64,000 bases of DNA, taken from the NCBI GenBank assembly GCA_002070105.1, contig MWCQ01000001.1, positions 202,253 through 266,252 of the forward strand. The letters are read 5' to 3'. Positions 40,201 to 48,524 of this stretch are shown here, one piece after another. The translations under genes and the position numbers were made by a program. The stretch is from Firmicutes bacterium ADurb.Bin193 (GTDB lineage Bacteria; Bacillota; Clostridia; Monoglobales; Firm-18). Numbering within the stretch: position 1 is the stretch's first letter; every line of letters begins with the position of its first letter. A model generated the notes under the pieces. The model saw nothing but the letters and a program-made list of their open reading frames with translations. It had not been told where the DNA came from and did no database searches.

Positions 40201-40937
40201 GCGCTCTTTACAAGCCTGTCCTCAAACTTTGTATCACTAAGCTTTGTCAGAAAAGTCGTGTGGCGGCAGTGGTCGGACCAATAGGTATCAATCATTCGTA
40301 TTTCGGTAAGCGTAGGGTCCCTTTGTTCCTGCCTGAAATAGCGCTGGCAAAACCTTATATCCTCAAAATCCATTGCAAGGCCGAGTGACGAAATTATATC
40401 CTTAAGCCCATTTTCGTCCGCACTGATAAAGCCCTCTAAAACCTCTACATCTTCGGGGAGGTCATATTTCATTTCAAGCCCGTCCGGCTTTTCAAGCCCC
40501 GCCTCGCAAGCCTCGACGGGGTTTATGCAGTAGTCCTTTATTTTAGCAAAATCCTCGTCCGACACATCGCCCGAAACAGCAATAACCCTCGCCGCTCGCA
40601 CCGTTGGCTTTTCGCCCATGGTAAGAAGCTGAAGGCACTGGGCGGCAAAATCAGCCCTTTGGTCATACTGTCCGGGAAGGTACCATACGGCGAATACACG
40701 CTCGTCCTTCGAAAATTCGACTGCCTCGTCATAGGCGTTGTCAACGGGCGGCTCGGAAAAAATTATATTCCTCGCCCTTTGATACTCCTCATCCGTAATA
40801 CCCTCAACATCATACCTAACCAAAACCCTTACGCCGGTTAACCCGCTTATTTTAAGATTCTCCTTAAGATCCCGGAGCATACCCTGCGCCTCAATGTCAT
40901 ACCCCTTCTTCTTTTCCACAAATATTCGCTTAACCAT
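37227..40937 (-). CDS. purL: phosphoribosylformylglycinamidine synthase, single-chain large form
   Basis: 1236 aa. FKNETHNHPTEIEPFGGAATCLGG, and a C-terminal glutaminase domain with GICNGFQ. Confidence 0.95.
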   Translation of the reverse strand: MVKRIFVEKKKGYDIEAQGMLRDLKENLKISGLTGVRVLVRYDVEGITDEEYQRARNIIFSEPPVDNAYDEAVEFSKDERVFAVWYLPGQYDQRADFAAQCLQLLTMGEKPTVRAARVIAVSGDVSDEDFAKIKDYCINPVEACEAGLEKPDGLEMKYDLPEDVEVLEGFISADENGLKDIISSLGLAMDFEDIRFCQRYFRQEQRDPTLTEIRMIDTYWSDHCRHTTFLTKLSDTKFEDRLVKSAYNEYLADREYLHGGQGRNITLMDIATTAMKRLKKDGVLTALDESDEINACSIRVDVDIDGKTEPWLVMFKNETHNHPTEIEPFGGAATCLGGAIRDPLSGRAYVYQAMRVTGSGDPRKSVEETISGKLPQRKITTGAAAGYSSYGNQIGLATGLVNEIYDEGYTAKRMEIGAVIGAAPAENVVRKVPTAGDVVILLGGRTGRDGCGGATGSSKAHTEESLTECGAEVQKGNPPEERKIQRLFRNPEATRLIKRCNDFGAGGVSVAIGELADGLLINLDAVPKKYEGLTGTELAISESQERMAVVVAGEDKERFIALAKDENLEATPVAAVTDEKRLVMTWRGKRIVDISRDFLSTNGAEKTVNAVVSEIDYKNGYFKNKDIKDAKGKWLQTLSELNVCCQKGLIERFDSSIGAGTVLMPLGGRYQLTPQQVMAAKIPVLEGETQTATVMSYGFNPEISRWSPFHGAVYAVVESVSKIVAAGCDYSKTYLTLQEYFEKLRDEPRRWGKPLSALLGAYTAQKRLRIAAIGGKDSMSGSFLDTDVPPTLVSFAVNTACADEIVSGGFQKSKSRVFLVRIKTDENFIPDFDDLIQKYNKIYKLIKSKKVLSSYVVTGGGLCEAISKMCFANAIGFEFADVSKEDIFRKCNGSILLETDCDIGFGELLGTTKDKQTVSHRDFEISIDEMQRVWTKPLEKVFPTYVEESEETLENSLYRGRNTARPLLKNARPRVFIPVFPGTNCEYDTAREFERAGAEVDIFVMKNLSPKDIEQSVSELSKRINAANILALPGGFSAGDEPDGSGKFIAATFKSPRLKEDIHNLLKNRDGLILGICNGFQALIKLGLVPYGEMRDLADDSPTLTYNTLGRHVSTMVQTVVSSTLSPWFSKVKAGDIHTIPVSHGEGRFVAKEDVINALEKNGQIATRYVDPMGNPTMDIRFNPNGSLYAVEGITSPDGRVLGKMGHSERIGHCVAKNIPGDKNQYIFESGVEYFK

Positions 40938-40953
40938 TCATACCTCCGAATTT

Positions 40954-41919
40954 TTAGAGAAGACACCTTGAAAATATGTCTAAAAATTTGTCATTTGTCT
41001 TTTTATCCTTTATCGCAAGCCTTATATACCGACCGTTCGACCCGCTTATCCCGTTGCAGTTATATACCGCGGCACCCTTTTGTTCAAGGCATTCGCAAAA
41101 TGTCGCGCAGGGGATTTGTTCAAGCTCGGCAAAAATATAGTTCGCATACGGGCGGCATGCGAAAACCCCGCCAAGCGTGCTGACCATATTGAAAAATCGC
41201 TTGGGCTCGCTTTTAAGCCACTGCTTTGTCTTTTTGATATACCCCGCATCGCGAAGAAGAACCTCATACGCCTCTGCGGAAAACCAGCTTACCGTGTCAG
41301 GAATGCCGTTCATTTCCAAAAGCCCTATAAGCCCCTCGCATGACACCGCATAGCCCGACCCTATCCCCGAAAGCGCAAAATAATTCGCAACGGAGCGAAG
41401 AATTATAACATTCGCGTACCTGTCGACCTGCCCGACCGCGGAGATGTCCGCCGCCACAAAGTCGGCATAGGACTCGTCAATAACAAGATAAATCCCCTTC
41501 TCCTGACAAAAATCAAGAATACGGTTCATAGCGGGCTTTTCTATTATCCTGCCCGTGGGATTTTGGGGGTTGCCCAAAATTATCATGTCGACATCAGCCG
41601 CGGATTGTATAAGCCTGTCCGCATCTATGTCAAAATTATTCGACCTGTCCGTTTGAAACAACAAAGGCTCACACCCGTTTTTTCTGCAAGCCTCCTCATA
41701 TAGCTTTATCGCGGGGACGGGAATAAGCGCCTTTCTGGGCCTTAGCGTGCGAACGGCATTATACAAAAGCTCGGCAGTCCCGCCGGCTAAAATAATATTT
41801 CCTTTTGAAACACCGCACGCGGTCGCAACAACCTCTTTCGCGCGCTCATACTGCTTGTCCGATACCCCCGCAAGGCTTTTATATGACCTTGAAACAAGCA
41901 TCTTAAACGACCTCGGCAC
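40954..41919 (-). CDS. class I/II aminotransferase-fold protein (HisC/CobD-like) lacking the PLP lysine
   Basis: GNPQNPTG and IDESYADF are present. The Schiff-base position reads LRSVANYFALSGIGSGYAV instead of the usual S.SK....G.R.GY. Confidence 0.65.
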   Translation of the reverse strand: MPRSFKMLVSRSYKSLAGVSDKQYERAKEVVATACGVSKGNIILAGGTAELLYNAVRTLRPRKALIPVPAIKLYEEACRKNGCEPLLFQTDRSNNFDIDADRLIQSAADVDMIILGNPQNPTGRIIEKPAMNRILDFCQEKGIYLVIDESYADFVAADISAVGQVDRYANVIILRSVANYFALSGIGSGYAVSCEGLIGLLEMNGIPDTVSWFSAEAYEVLLRDAGYIKKTKQWLKSEPKRFFNMVSTLGGVFACRPYANYIFAELEQIPCATFCECLEQKGAAVYNCNGISGSNGRYIRLAIKDKKTNDKFLDIFSRCLL

Positions 41920-42053
41920 GCCGAGCGGATTTGTATTTACTGAATAGTCTATGTCGTTTCACCCCAATATTAATTCATCATAAGCGCAAGCTAAAAAAGT
42001 CCCGCAAGTTTATTTCCCGCCGGTTGTGACAGCCCTCGGCGAGAGAATGTATT

Positions 42054-42434
42054 TTAAAGCTTTTCGCCGCATTTTGCACAGAATGTGCTGTCCTTTGAAA
42101 GCTCCGCTCCGCAAACGGGGCAAACCCTCACATTCTTTATTTCGTTAAGCTTTTGACGGTACTCACCTATTTTTGCAAGCAATCCGTCAATAGCCTCGAA
42201 ATGAGCGTTAAGCTCCTCCGTGGTTAAATCATTTTTTTCGCGACCTTCGTATATAATCCTTCCGATTTTCTCGTACTCTTCTTTAATGTCGCTGTTTGCC
42301 GCGGAAATGGCAAGGGTAAGCTTTGAGACCTCTAATACCTCGCCCGACTTTTTCGCGAATTTCCCCGCCGCACGGGAGAATGTTTTTTTGATGTCCTCAA
42401 AAATTTTTTCCATATTATTCACAAATCCTTTCAA
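42054..42434 (-). CDS. zinc-ribbon domain protein
   Basis: 126 aa with a coiled-coil-like N-terminus and C-terminal CPVCGAEL...FCAKCG. Confidence 0.55.
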   Translation of the reverse strand: MKGFVNNMEKIFEDIKKTFSRAAGKFAKKSGEVLEVSKLTLAISAANSDIKEEYEKIGRIIYEGREKNDLTTEELNAHFEAIDGLLAKIGEYRQKLNEIKNVRVCPVCGAELSKDSTFCAKCGEKL

Positions 42435-42546
42435 CCCGCAAAATTTTGAATCAAACGCGCTTACCGCGGGTCCGATAAGGCGTTGAAAAATCGCAGTGTA
42501 TTTCTACATTCGTATTATACCATATCAAAACCAAAAAATAAAGATA

Positions 42547-42575
42547 TTGCCAAAAAAAATATACTATTGTATAAT
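42547..42575 (+). promoter_or_regulatory. sigma-A promoter for ychF
   Basis: TTGCCA, 17-nt spacer, TATAAT (42570-42575). Confidence 0.5.
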
Positions 42576-42616
42576 AAAACAGATCACATTCATTATATCT
42601 TGAGAGGACAGAAATT

Positions 42617-43714
42617 ATGAAACTCGGTATTGTCGGACTTCCCAATGTCGGAAAAAGCACCCTTTTTAACGCAATAACAAATGCCGGCGCGGCGGCGTCA
42701 AACTACCCCTTTTGCACGATTGAGCCGAATGTGGGAGTTGTCGCCGTTCCCGACAGCAGGCTTGACAGTCTTGCCGAAATGTATAAGCCCGAAAAGCTCA
42801 CGCCTGCGATAATCGAATTTGTCGATATTGCGGGGCTTGTAAAGGGCGCAAGCAGGGGCGAAGGGCTCGGCAACAAGTTTTTGTCGCATATCAGGGAGGT
42901 TGACGCAATCGTTCATGTCGTACGCTGTTTTGAGGATAAAAACATAACCCATGTAGACGGCTCCGTTGACCCCGTCCGCGATGTTGAAACCATAAACCTT
43001 GAGCTTATATTCGCGGATCTTGAAAGCCTTGAAAGAAGGATTGACAGGACTAAAAAGTCGATGAAGGGCGGGGATAAAAAATACGCCGCCCAACTTGAGC
43101 TTTTTGAGCGTATCAAAGAGGCTCTGGAGCACGGCAGGCAGGCGCGCGAGATTGACTTTTCCGCCGGGGAGCTTGAAATTTTGAAGGAGGTTTCGCTTCT
43201 TACCCTGAAGCCCGTCATATTCGCCGCAAATGTTGCGGAGGACGACCTTGCGGAAGGATATAAAAACAACGAAAATTACCTAAAGCTTGTGGAGTATGCG
43301 AAGGAAAAGAAATGTGAGGTTATCCCCGTTTCCGCGCGCATTGAGGAGGAAATTTCACAGCTAGGCGAGGACGAAAAGCTTGCGTTTTTGGAGGAGCTTG
43401 GCATAAACCGGTCGGGGCTTGACAGGCTTGTCGAGGCGAGCTATTCGCTTTTGGGGCTTATAAGCTATCTTACGGCGGGTCAGCCCGAGGTTCGCGCTTG
43501 GACGATTAAGAAGGGAACAAAGGCGCCGCAGGCGGCGGGCAAAATTCATACAGACTTTGAAAGAGGCTTTATCCGCGCGGAGGTTGTGTCCTATGACGAC
43601 CTTATCTCCTGCGGCTCGATGGCGGCCGCAAAGGAAAAGGGACTCGTCCGCTCGGAGGGCAAGGAATATGTGGTCCAGGACGGCGATGTGGTGCTTTTTA
43701 GGTTTAATGTGTAA
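42617..43714 (+). CDS. ychF: redox-regulated ribosome-binding ATPase YchF
   Basis: [23 protein letters not shown]-terminal TGS-like [18 protein letters not shown]. Confidence 0.95.
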   Translation: MKLGIVGLPNVGKSTLFNAITNAGAAASNYPFCTIEPNVGVVAVPDSRLDSLAEMYKPEKLTPAIIEFVDIAGLVKGASRGEGLGNKFLSHIREVDAIVHVVRCFEDKNITHVDGSVDPVRDVETINLELIFADLESLERRIDRTKKSMKGGDKKYAAQLELFERIKEALEHGRQAREIDFSAGELEILKEVSLLTLKPVIFAANVAEDDLAEGYKNNENYLKLVEYAKEKKCEVIPVSARIEEEISQLGEDEKLAFLEELGINRSGLDRLVEASYSLLGLISYLTAGQPEVRAWTIKKGTKAPQAAGKIHTDFERGFIRAEVVSYDDLISCGSMAAAKEKGLVRSEGKEYVVQDGDVVLFRFNV

Positions 43715-43812
43715 GGGCGGGGGACGCTGTGTTCAAAACAACCTTGAACAATGTAGGGGTGAACTGCGTTCGCCCATAATAAGACAGCAAACCTGTTCCT
43801 TTAGTTTAGCCA

Positions 43813-43911
43813 TCATCTTGGTTTTTTTGAACCTTTCCACAACCCACTAATAACTGCATAAGCAAACCCAAATGCAAATCGTAGAATGCCCCCTATTAGA
43901 CGACCAAGCAT
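43813..43911 (-). CDS. candidate 32-aa hydrophobic peptide (not in the ORF track)
   Basis: GGAGG lies 7 nt before ATG 43909-43911, which is 13 nt after the stop of the upstream 298-aa gene. Translation: MLGRLIGGILRFAFGFAYAVISGLWKGSKKPR. Confidence 0.35.
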   Translation of the reverse strand: MLGRLIGGILRFAFGFAYAVISGLWKGSKKPR

Positions 43912-43924
43912 ATCATAACCTCCA

Positions 43925-44821
43925 TTATAAATAATATTTTATTTCTAATCTTGAGCTTTTTCCTTTTGGAGGTGCATATATTATTTTATCTTTCTTTTTC
44001 TTGATGGAATACATTGCGTCGCACACAGGCGGCATACAGTTTATAAGATTCAATTCCTTATGTATATGTCCGGAAATTAATACAATCTCACTTTTACCCT
44101 TTTCTTTAGTTTCAACTAATATACCTCGAATATAATTTCGTATTTCATAAGTTGTCAAATTTCCTGAGCGAGAGATAGCAGCTTTTACAGGAAATTTTGT
44201 TGCTGTATCTTTCGGGATATAATGTGTTTTTCCCGTTCTTTCAACATCGCAAACTTCATCGCTAATTTCCACAACATAGAATTTGCTTTTTTCATCAAAG
44301 TCAATCCATCTAATATCATATATACCATCAAGAATTATAAAGTCAGTTTCCTTACCTGCCCCTGTGGGTTTAGAGATATTCCCATAAACTTTAAATTCAT
44401 CCCTATAATATTTATAGATACCTTCGTTTATTGTGCCACTATAAAATGGCTTACTTGATACAAAAGATACACAATATGTTTTGTCAAAGCCGTTTTCATG
44501 TAGTTGTTCCATAAATTTTATATCTTTAGTAAAAGAATAAAGCTGTTCAGGATATTGTCCATTATTTGGACATTTTAGTTCAATCGCGTATTTCTCAGAT
44601 AAATCTTCTTTGTAAACCACTATGTCAATTTCTTTTTTTATGGTAACAGAGTTTATATTAAAAAAAGATACATTTCTCTCAAATTGTATTTTAAATTCTG
44701 GTAATATACTTCTAAGGTATATACCCATCTCATGCTGTAAGCTAAATTCGTTGTAAATTTCTATATTATTTGATTTTACCTTTTTAAAAAAATCAAAGAT
44801 ACAATGTTTTAAATTCAACAT
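43925..44821 (-). CDS. PD-(D/E)xK nuclease-fold protein with an uncharacterised C-terminal region
   Basis: 298-aa ORF in a very AT-rich islet. QHE...EIDIVVY...AIELKCP matches the E / D / ExK arrangement. RBS AAGGTGGA. A TATAAT -10 lies upstream. Confidence 0.65.
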   Translation of the reverse strand: MLNLKHCIFDFFKKVKSNNIEIYNEFSLQHEMGIYLRSILPEFKIQFERNVSFFNINSVTIKKEIDIVVYKEDLSEKYAIELKCPNNGQYPEQLYSFTKDIKFMEQLHENGFDKTYCVSFVSSKPFYSGTINEGIYKYYRDEFKVYGNISKPTGAGKETDFIILDGIYDIRWIDFDEKSKFYVVEISDEVCDVERTGKTHYIPKDTATKFPVKAAISRSGNLTTYEIRNYIRGILVETKEKGKSEIVLISGHIHKELNLINCMPPVCDAMYSIKKKKDKIIYAPPKGKSSRLEIKYYL

Positions 44822-45008
44822 TCAATCCACCTTCATTTCTAAAATTTCATTTTATTCACCCGATATTTTCATTATATACTATATGGTGTACAATTAATAG
44901 TACAAGTGATACCCCTATCAAGTACATTTTTTTGTTGGCACCTGTTAGGCTGTATAAATAAACGCATTACCAAGGGGTAACGCGGAGTTTGGAGATAACA
45001 CAATAGGA

Positions 45009-45033
45009 GCACGACACGACGAGGTCGTCGTGC
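45009..45033 (-). terminator. stem-loop after the P-type ATPase gene
   Basis: GCACGACACGAC-GAG-GTCGTCGTGC forms a 10-bp stem with a 2-nt bulge, 18 nt past the stop. The U tract is poor. Confidence 0.4.
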
Positions 45034-45050
45034 CCTACGATTATTTCAGC

Positions 45051-47702
45051 CTATTTTACCGTTCTTTTATACAGCTTTATTACCTCGTTTACGAAAAGCG
45101 GAACGAGAGAAAAGGCTATTACCATGCCCCAGTCCACGACGCTTAAATTAACCACCTTAAACGCATTCGCCAACGGCGGTATGGAGATTACCGCAAGCTG
45201 AAGGAAAAAGCCCGCCGCAATCGCAATTACAAGAAACCCATTTGAAAATAGCCCTATTTTGAAAATCGACTTTACATTGTTTCTCATTGTAAACGAGTAA
45301 AAAAGCTGAGACGCCGCAAGCACCACAAACGCCATCGTCCTTGCATAGGCAATCGCATTGCCGGGAATATCCTGTGCGCCGGGGCTGTATCCCTGTTCGT
45401 TAAGCCCGAAGTAAAACGCCGCAAGGGTCAGCATACCGATAAGCGTACCCCCGATAACTGCCCTTAAGCCCGCGCCCTTTGCGAAAAAGCTCTCCTTGGG
45501 GCTTCTGGGCTTTTGCCTCATGACATCCTTATCGCCGGGGTCAACGCCCAGCGCAATGGCGGGGAGGGAATCGGTTATAAGGTTTATCCACAAAATCTGG
45601 GTGGGTATAAGCGGAATCTGCCACGAAAAAAGTATTGAAAACAGTATGGTTATAACCTCGCCCATATTGCACGATAACAGGAATATGACGGATTTTTTTA
45701 TGTTGTTGTAGATGTTTCTTCCCTCTTCAATCGCATGGACGATTGTCGTAAAATTATCGTCGGTTAAAATCATATCGCTTGCGCCCTTTGCAACATCCGT
45801 CCCCGTTATGCCCATTGCCACGCCTATATCGGCATATTTAAGCGAGGACGCGTCGTTTACACCGTCACCCGTCATGGACACGATATTCCCCTGCGCCTTA
45901 AACGCCTTGACGATTTTTACCTTGTGTTCGGGCGACACCCTTGCGAACACTCTGTATCGGTTTATCGCCTTTGAAAATTCCTCGTCCGAAAGCCCGTCAA
46001 TCTCCTCACCCGTCAGGCATTGCTCGGCAGAGGTTGCAATCCCAAGCTCCTTTGCGATTGCAAAAGCGGTGCTTTTATGGTCACCCGTTATCATCACAGG
46101 CGTTATGCCCGCCATAACCGCTTCTCTGATTGAATCCTTAACCTCAAGGCGGGGCGGGTCAATCATTCCGACAAAGCCTAAAAGGGTAAGACCGTTTTCC
46201 ATTTCGTCGGGCCTGATTATTCCCTCCGTATCCTTATACGCCGCGCCCAAAACACGCAGGGCGTTGTCGGACATTTCCTCCGCAACCCTTAAAAACTCGG
46301 TGCGGATTTCGTCGGTTAGGGGAACCGCCTTGCCGTCACTAAGAACGCTTGTGCAAATTTTCAAAATATTATCAATGGCGCCCTTTGTATGAACTCTGTA
46401 TGACGACCCCTCCTCGTTGAGCGTTGACATAAGCTTTCTGCCCGAATCGAAGGGTTTTTCAGCCACCCTTTTGTTTTGTCCGTTAATTTCGTCCTTTGAT
46501 ATGCCGTATCTTTCGCCCAAAACAACAAGCGCGATTTCCGTCGGGTCACCCGTGCCTTGACCGTCCTTATATGAGGCGTCGGAGCACAGGACAAATGTTT
46601 TTATAAGCTCACGCTCGTCCTGTGAGGCTTCAAAACCGCTTCCCTTTGCAGGTACATCCCTTAAATTATTCAGGGTATAGTGCTTTACCACCGTCATTTT
46701 GTTTTGGGTTAGGGTTCCTGTTTTGTCGGAGCATACTATATTGACCGAGCCGAGGGCCTCAACGGCGGGGAGCTTTCTTACAATGGCGTTGATTTTGGAC
46801 ATTCGCGTAACGCCCAGTGCCAGAACAATCGCAACAATCGCGGCAAGCCCCTCGGGAATAGCCGCAACCGCAAGACTTATCGCCGTAAGGAACATTTCAA
46901 AAAGGTCTCTTTTTTGAAAGAGCGCGATAACAAATATAAGCGCACATATACCGACGGCTATAAAGCCGAGTGTTTTACCAAGCTCCTCCAATCTCTTCTG
47001 AAGGGGCGTCATTTCGTCGCTATACTCGTCGAGGATTTTTGCAATCTTTCCGATTTCGGTTTCCGCCGCTGTTGCGATAACAACGCCTTCACCCCTGCTG
47101 TATGTGACGAGTGTTGACATAAACGCCATATTTGATTTGTCGCCTATGGACATTTTGGGGTTTTCAAACACAGCGTCCGAATTTTTGTCCGAAGGTACCG
47201 ATTCCCCCGTGAGCGCAGATTCCTCTATCTGAAGATTTGCGCTTTGTATAAGCCTTAAATCAGCGGGTACATACCTTCCCGCATCCAAAATCACTATATC
47301 CCCCGGCACAAGATTTTCTGAGTTTATCTCCTGAACCTCGCCCCCGCGCCGCACAACCGCCTTTGGGGTAGTCATTTTTTGCAGGGCTTCAATCGCCTTC
47401 TCCGCCTTATACTCCTGGATTACGCCGATTATGGCGTTTAGCAAAACCACCATAACGATGATGACCGCATCTACATACTCTTGTATTACGACCGTAATCA
47501 CAGCCGCACCCAAAAGCACATAGATAAGCATATCCTTAAGCTGGGATATAAAAAGAGAGAGCAGGCTTTTTTTCGACTTGCCCTTTAATTTGTTCGGTCC
47601 GTATTTTTCGAGCCTTGTTGCGACTTCTTCGTTTGAAAGCCCCGAAGATGAATTTACATTAAGCTCGGATAATACTTCCTCTGCGGTTTTCAAAAACCCC
47701 AT
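45051..47702 (-). CDS. cation-transporting P-type ATPase (Ca2+-type, P2 family)
   Basis: VCSDKTGTLTQNKM (phosphorylation site), MITGDH, MTGDGVNDA. I moved the start to ATG 47702 (MGFLKTAEEVL), which follows GAGGTGGAG. Confidence 0.9.
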   Translation of the reverse strand: MGFLKTAEEVLSELNVNSSSGLSNEEVATRLEKYGPNKLKGKSKKSLLSLFISQLKDMLIYVLLGAAVITVVIQEYVDAVIIVMVVLLNAIIGVIQEYKAEKAIEALQKMTTPKAVVRRGGEVQEINSENLVPGDIVILDAGRYVPADLRLIQSANLQIEESALTGESVPSDKNSDAVFENPKMSIGDKSNMAFMSTLVTYSRGEGVVIATAAETEIGKIAKILDEYSDEMTPLQKRLEELGKTLGFIAVGICALIFVIALFQKRDLFEMFLTAISLAVAAIPEGLAAIVAIVLALGVTRMSKINAIVRKLPAVEALGSVNIVCSDKTGTLTQNKMTVVKHYTLNNLRDVPAKGSGFEASQDERELIKTFVLCSDASYKDGQGTGDPTEIALVVLGERYGISKDEINGQNKRVAEKPFDSGRKLMSTLNEEGSSYRVHTKGAIDNILKICTSVLSDGKAVPLTDEIRTEFLRVAEEMSDNALRVLGAAYKDTEGIIRPDEMENGLTLLGFVGMIDPPRLEVKDSIREAVMAGITPVMITGDHKSTAFAIAKELGIATSAEQCLTGEEIDGLSDEEFSKAINRYRVFARVSPEHKVKIVKAFKAQGNIVSMTGDGVNDASSLKYADIGVAMGITGTDVAKGASDMILTDDNFTTIVHAIEEGRNIYNNIKKSVIFLLSCNMGEVITILFSILFSWQIPLIPTQILWINLITDSLPAIALGVDPGDKDVMRQKPRSPKESFFAKGAGLRAVIGGTLIGMLTLAAFYFGLNEQGYSPGAQDIPGNAIAYARTMAFVVLAASQLFYSFTMRNNVKSIFKIGLFSNGFLVIAIAAGFFLQLAVISIPPLANAFKVVNLSVVDWGMVIAFSLVPLFVNEVIKLYKRTVK

Positions 47703-47798
47703 AAACTCCACCTCGTGATAATATCTATTAAGCCCGCACAATTCACAAATTATGCTTTACAGCCCAACACATATTTGCAAAAATCTATTTTCCGTTTC

Positions 47799-48524
47799 TT
47801 ATTTCCTCGTATATTTATTTACTATAAAGCTGTTTGCCTTATACTCCGCCTCATCTTCAAGCGGGGCAAGCTCCGCCTTTCCGTACTTTTTTTCAAGCGC
47901 ATTTTTGATAACCATATCGCACAGATGCGGGTTTTTCGGGAAAAGCGGACCATGAAGGTATGTGCCGATAACATTTTTATAGATTACCCCTTCGCCGCCG
48001 TCCGAGCCGTTGTTTCCGCTTCCGAAAAGAACCTTGCCGAGCGGCTTGTGGTCGCCGATATATGTTCGCCCGCCGTGGTTTTCAAAACCCACAATGGGGA
48101 CATCGGAAAAATCGGCTTTGATTACCGCATTGCCTATAAGCCTCCCAACGCCTGATTCGGTAAATATGTCAAGGATAGAAAGCCCCGGAACAAGCTCGTT
48201 TTTCAGCTTGTAGTAATGCCCCAAAAGCTGATAACCACCGCATATCGCAATTACGACCCCGCCGCCTTCGACATAATCCTTAAACGCCTCTCTGATTCCG
48301 CCGAGGCGTTTGCACACCAAAAGCTGTTCTCTGTCGGAGCCGCCGCCGAGGAAAACGATATCAAGCTTTGAAAAGTCAATATTATCATTCAATTTATATT
48401 CGGTAACCTCGGCTTCCATACCCCGCCATTCCATTCTGCGCCTAAGGGATATTATGTTGCCCCTGTCACCGTAGAGATTCAGAAGTTCGGGAAAAAGATG
48501 ACCGATTGAAAGCTTCATTCCCAT
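47799..48524 (-). CDS. gatD: lipid II isoglutaminyl synthase, glutaminase subunit (CobQ/GatD-type amidotransferase)
   Basis: ICGGYQLLG (nucleophile Cys) and GTYLHGP. Overlaps murT by 10 nt. Confidence 0.82.
   Translation of the reverse strand: MGMKLSIGHLFPELLNLYGDRGNIISLRRRMEWRGMEAEVTEYKLNDNIDFSKLDIVFLGGGSDREQLLVCKRLGGIREAFKDYVEGGGVVIAICGGYQLLGHYYKLKNELVPGLSILDIFTESGVGRLIGNAVIKADFSDVPIVGFENHGGRTYIGDHKPLGKVLFGSGNNGSDGGEGVIYKNVIGTYLHGPLFPKNPHLCDMVIKNALEKKYGKAELAPLEDEAEYKANSFIVNKYTRK

Noticed and set aside
43749-43760. Shared TGTAGGGGT 9-mer with 55392-55400, suggesting a dispersed motif
   Set aside because: A 9-10 nt match is expected by chance many times in 64 kb. The flanks do not align.
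45712-46392. 226-aa plus-strand ORF
   Set aside because: Antisense to the P-type ATPase. Ser/Pro/Ile-rich shadow frame.
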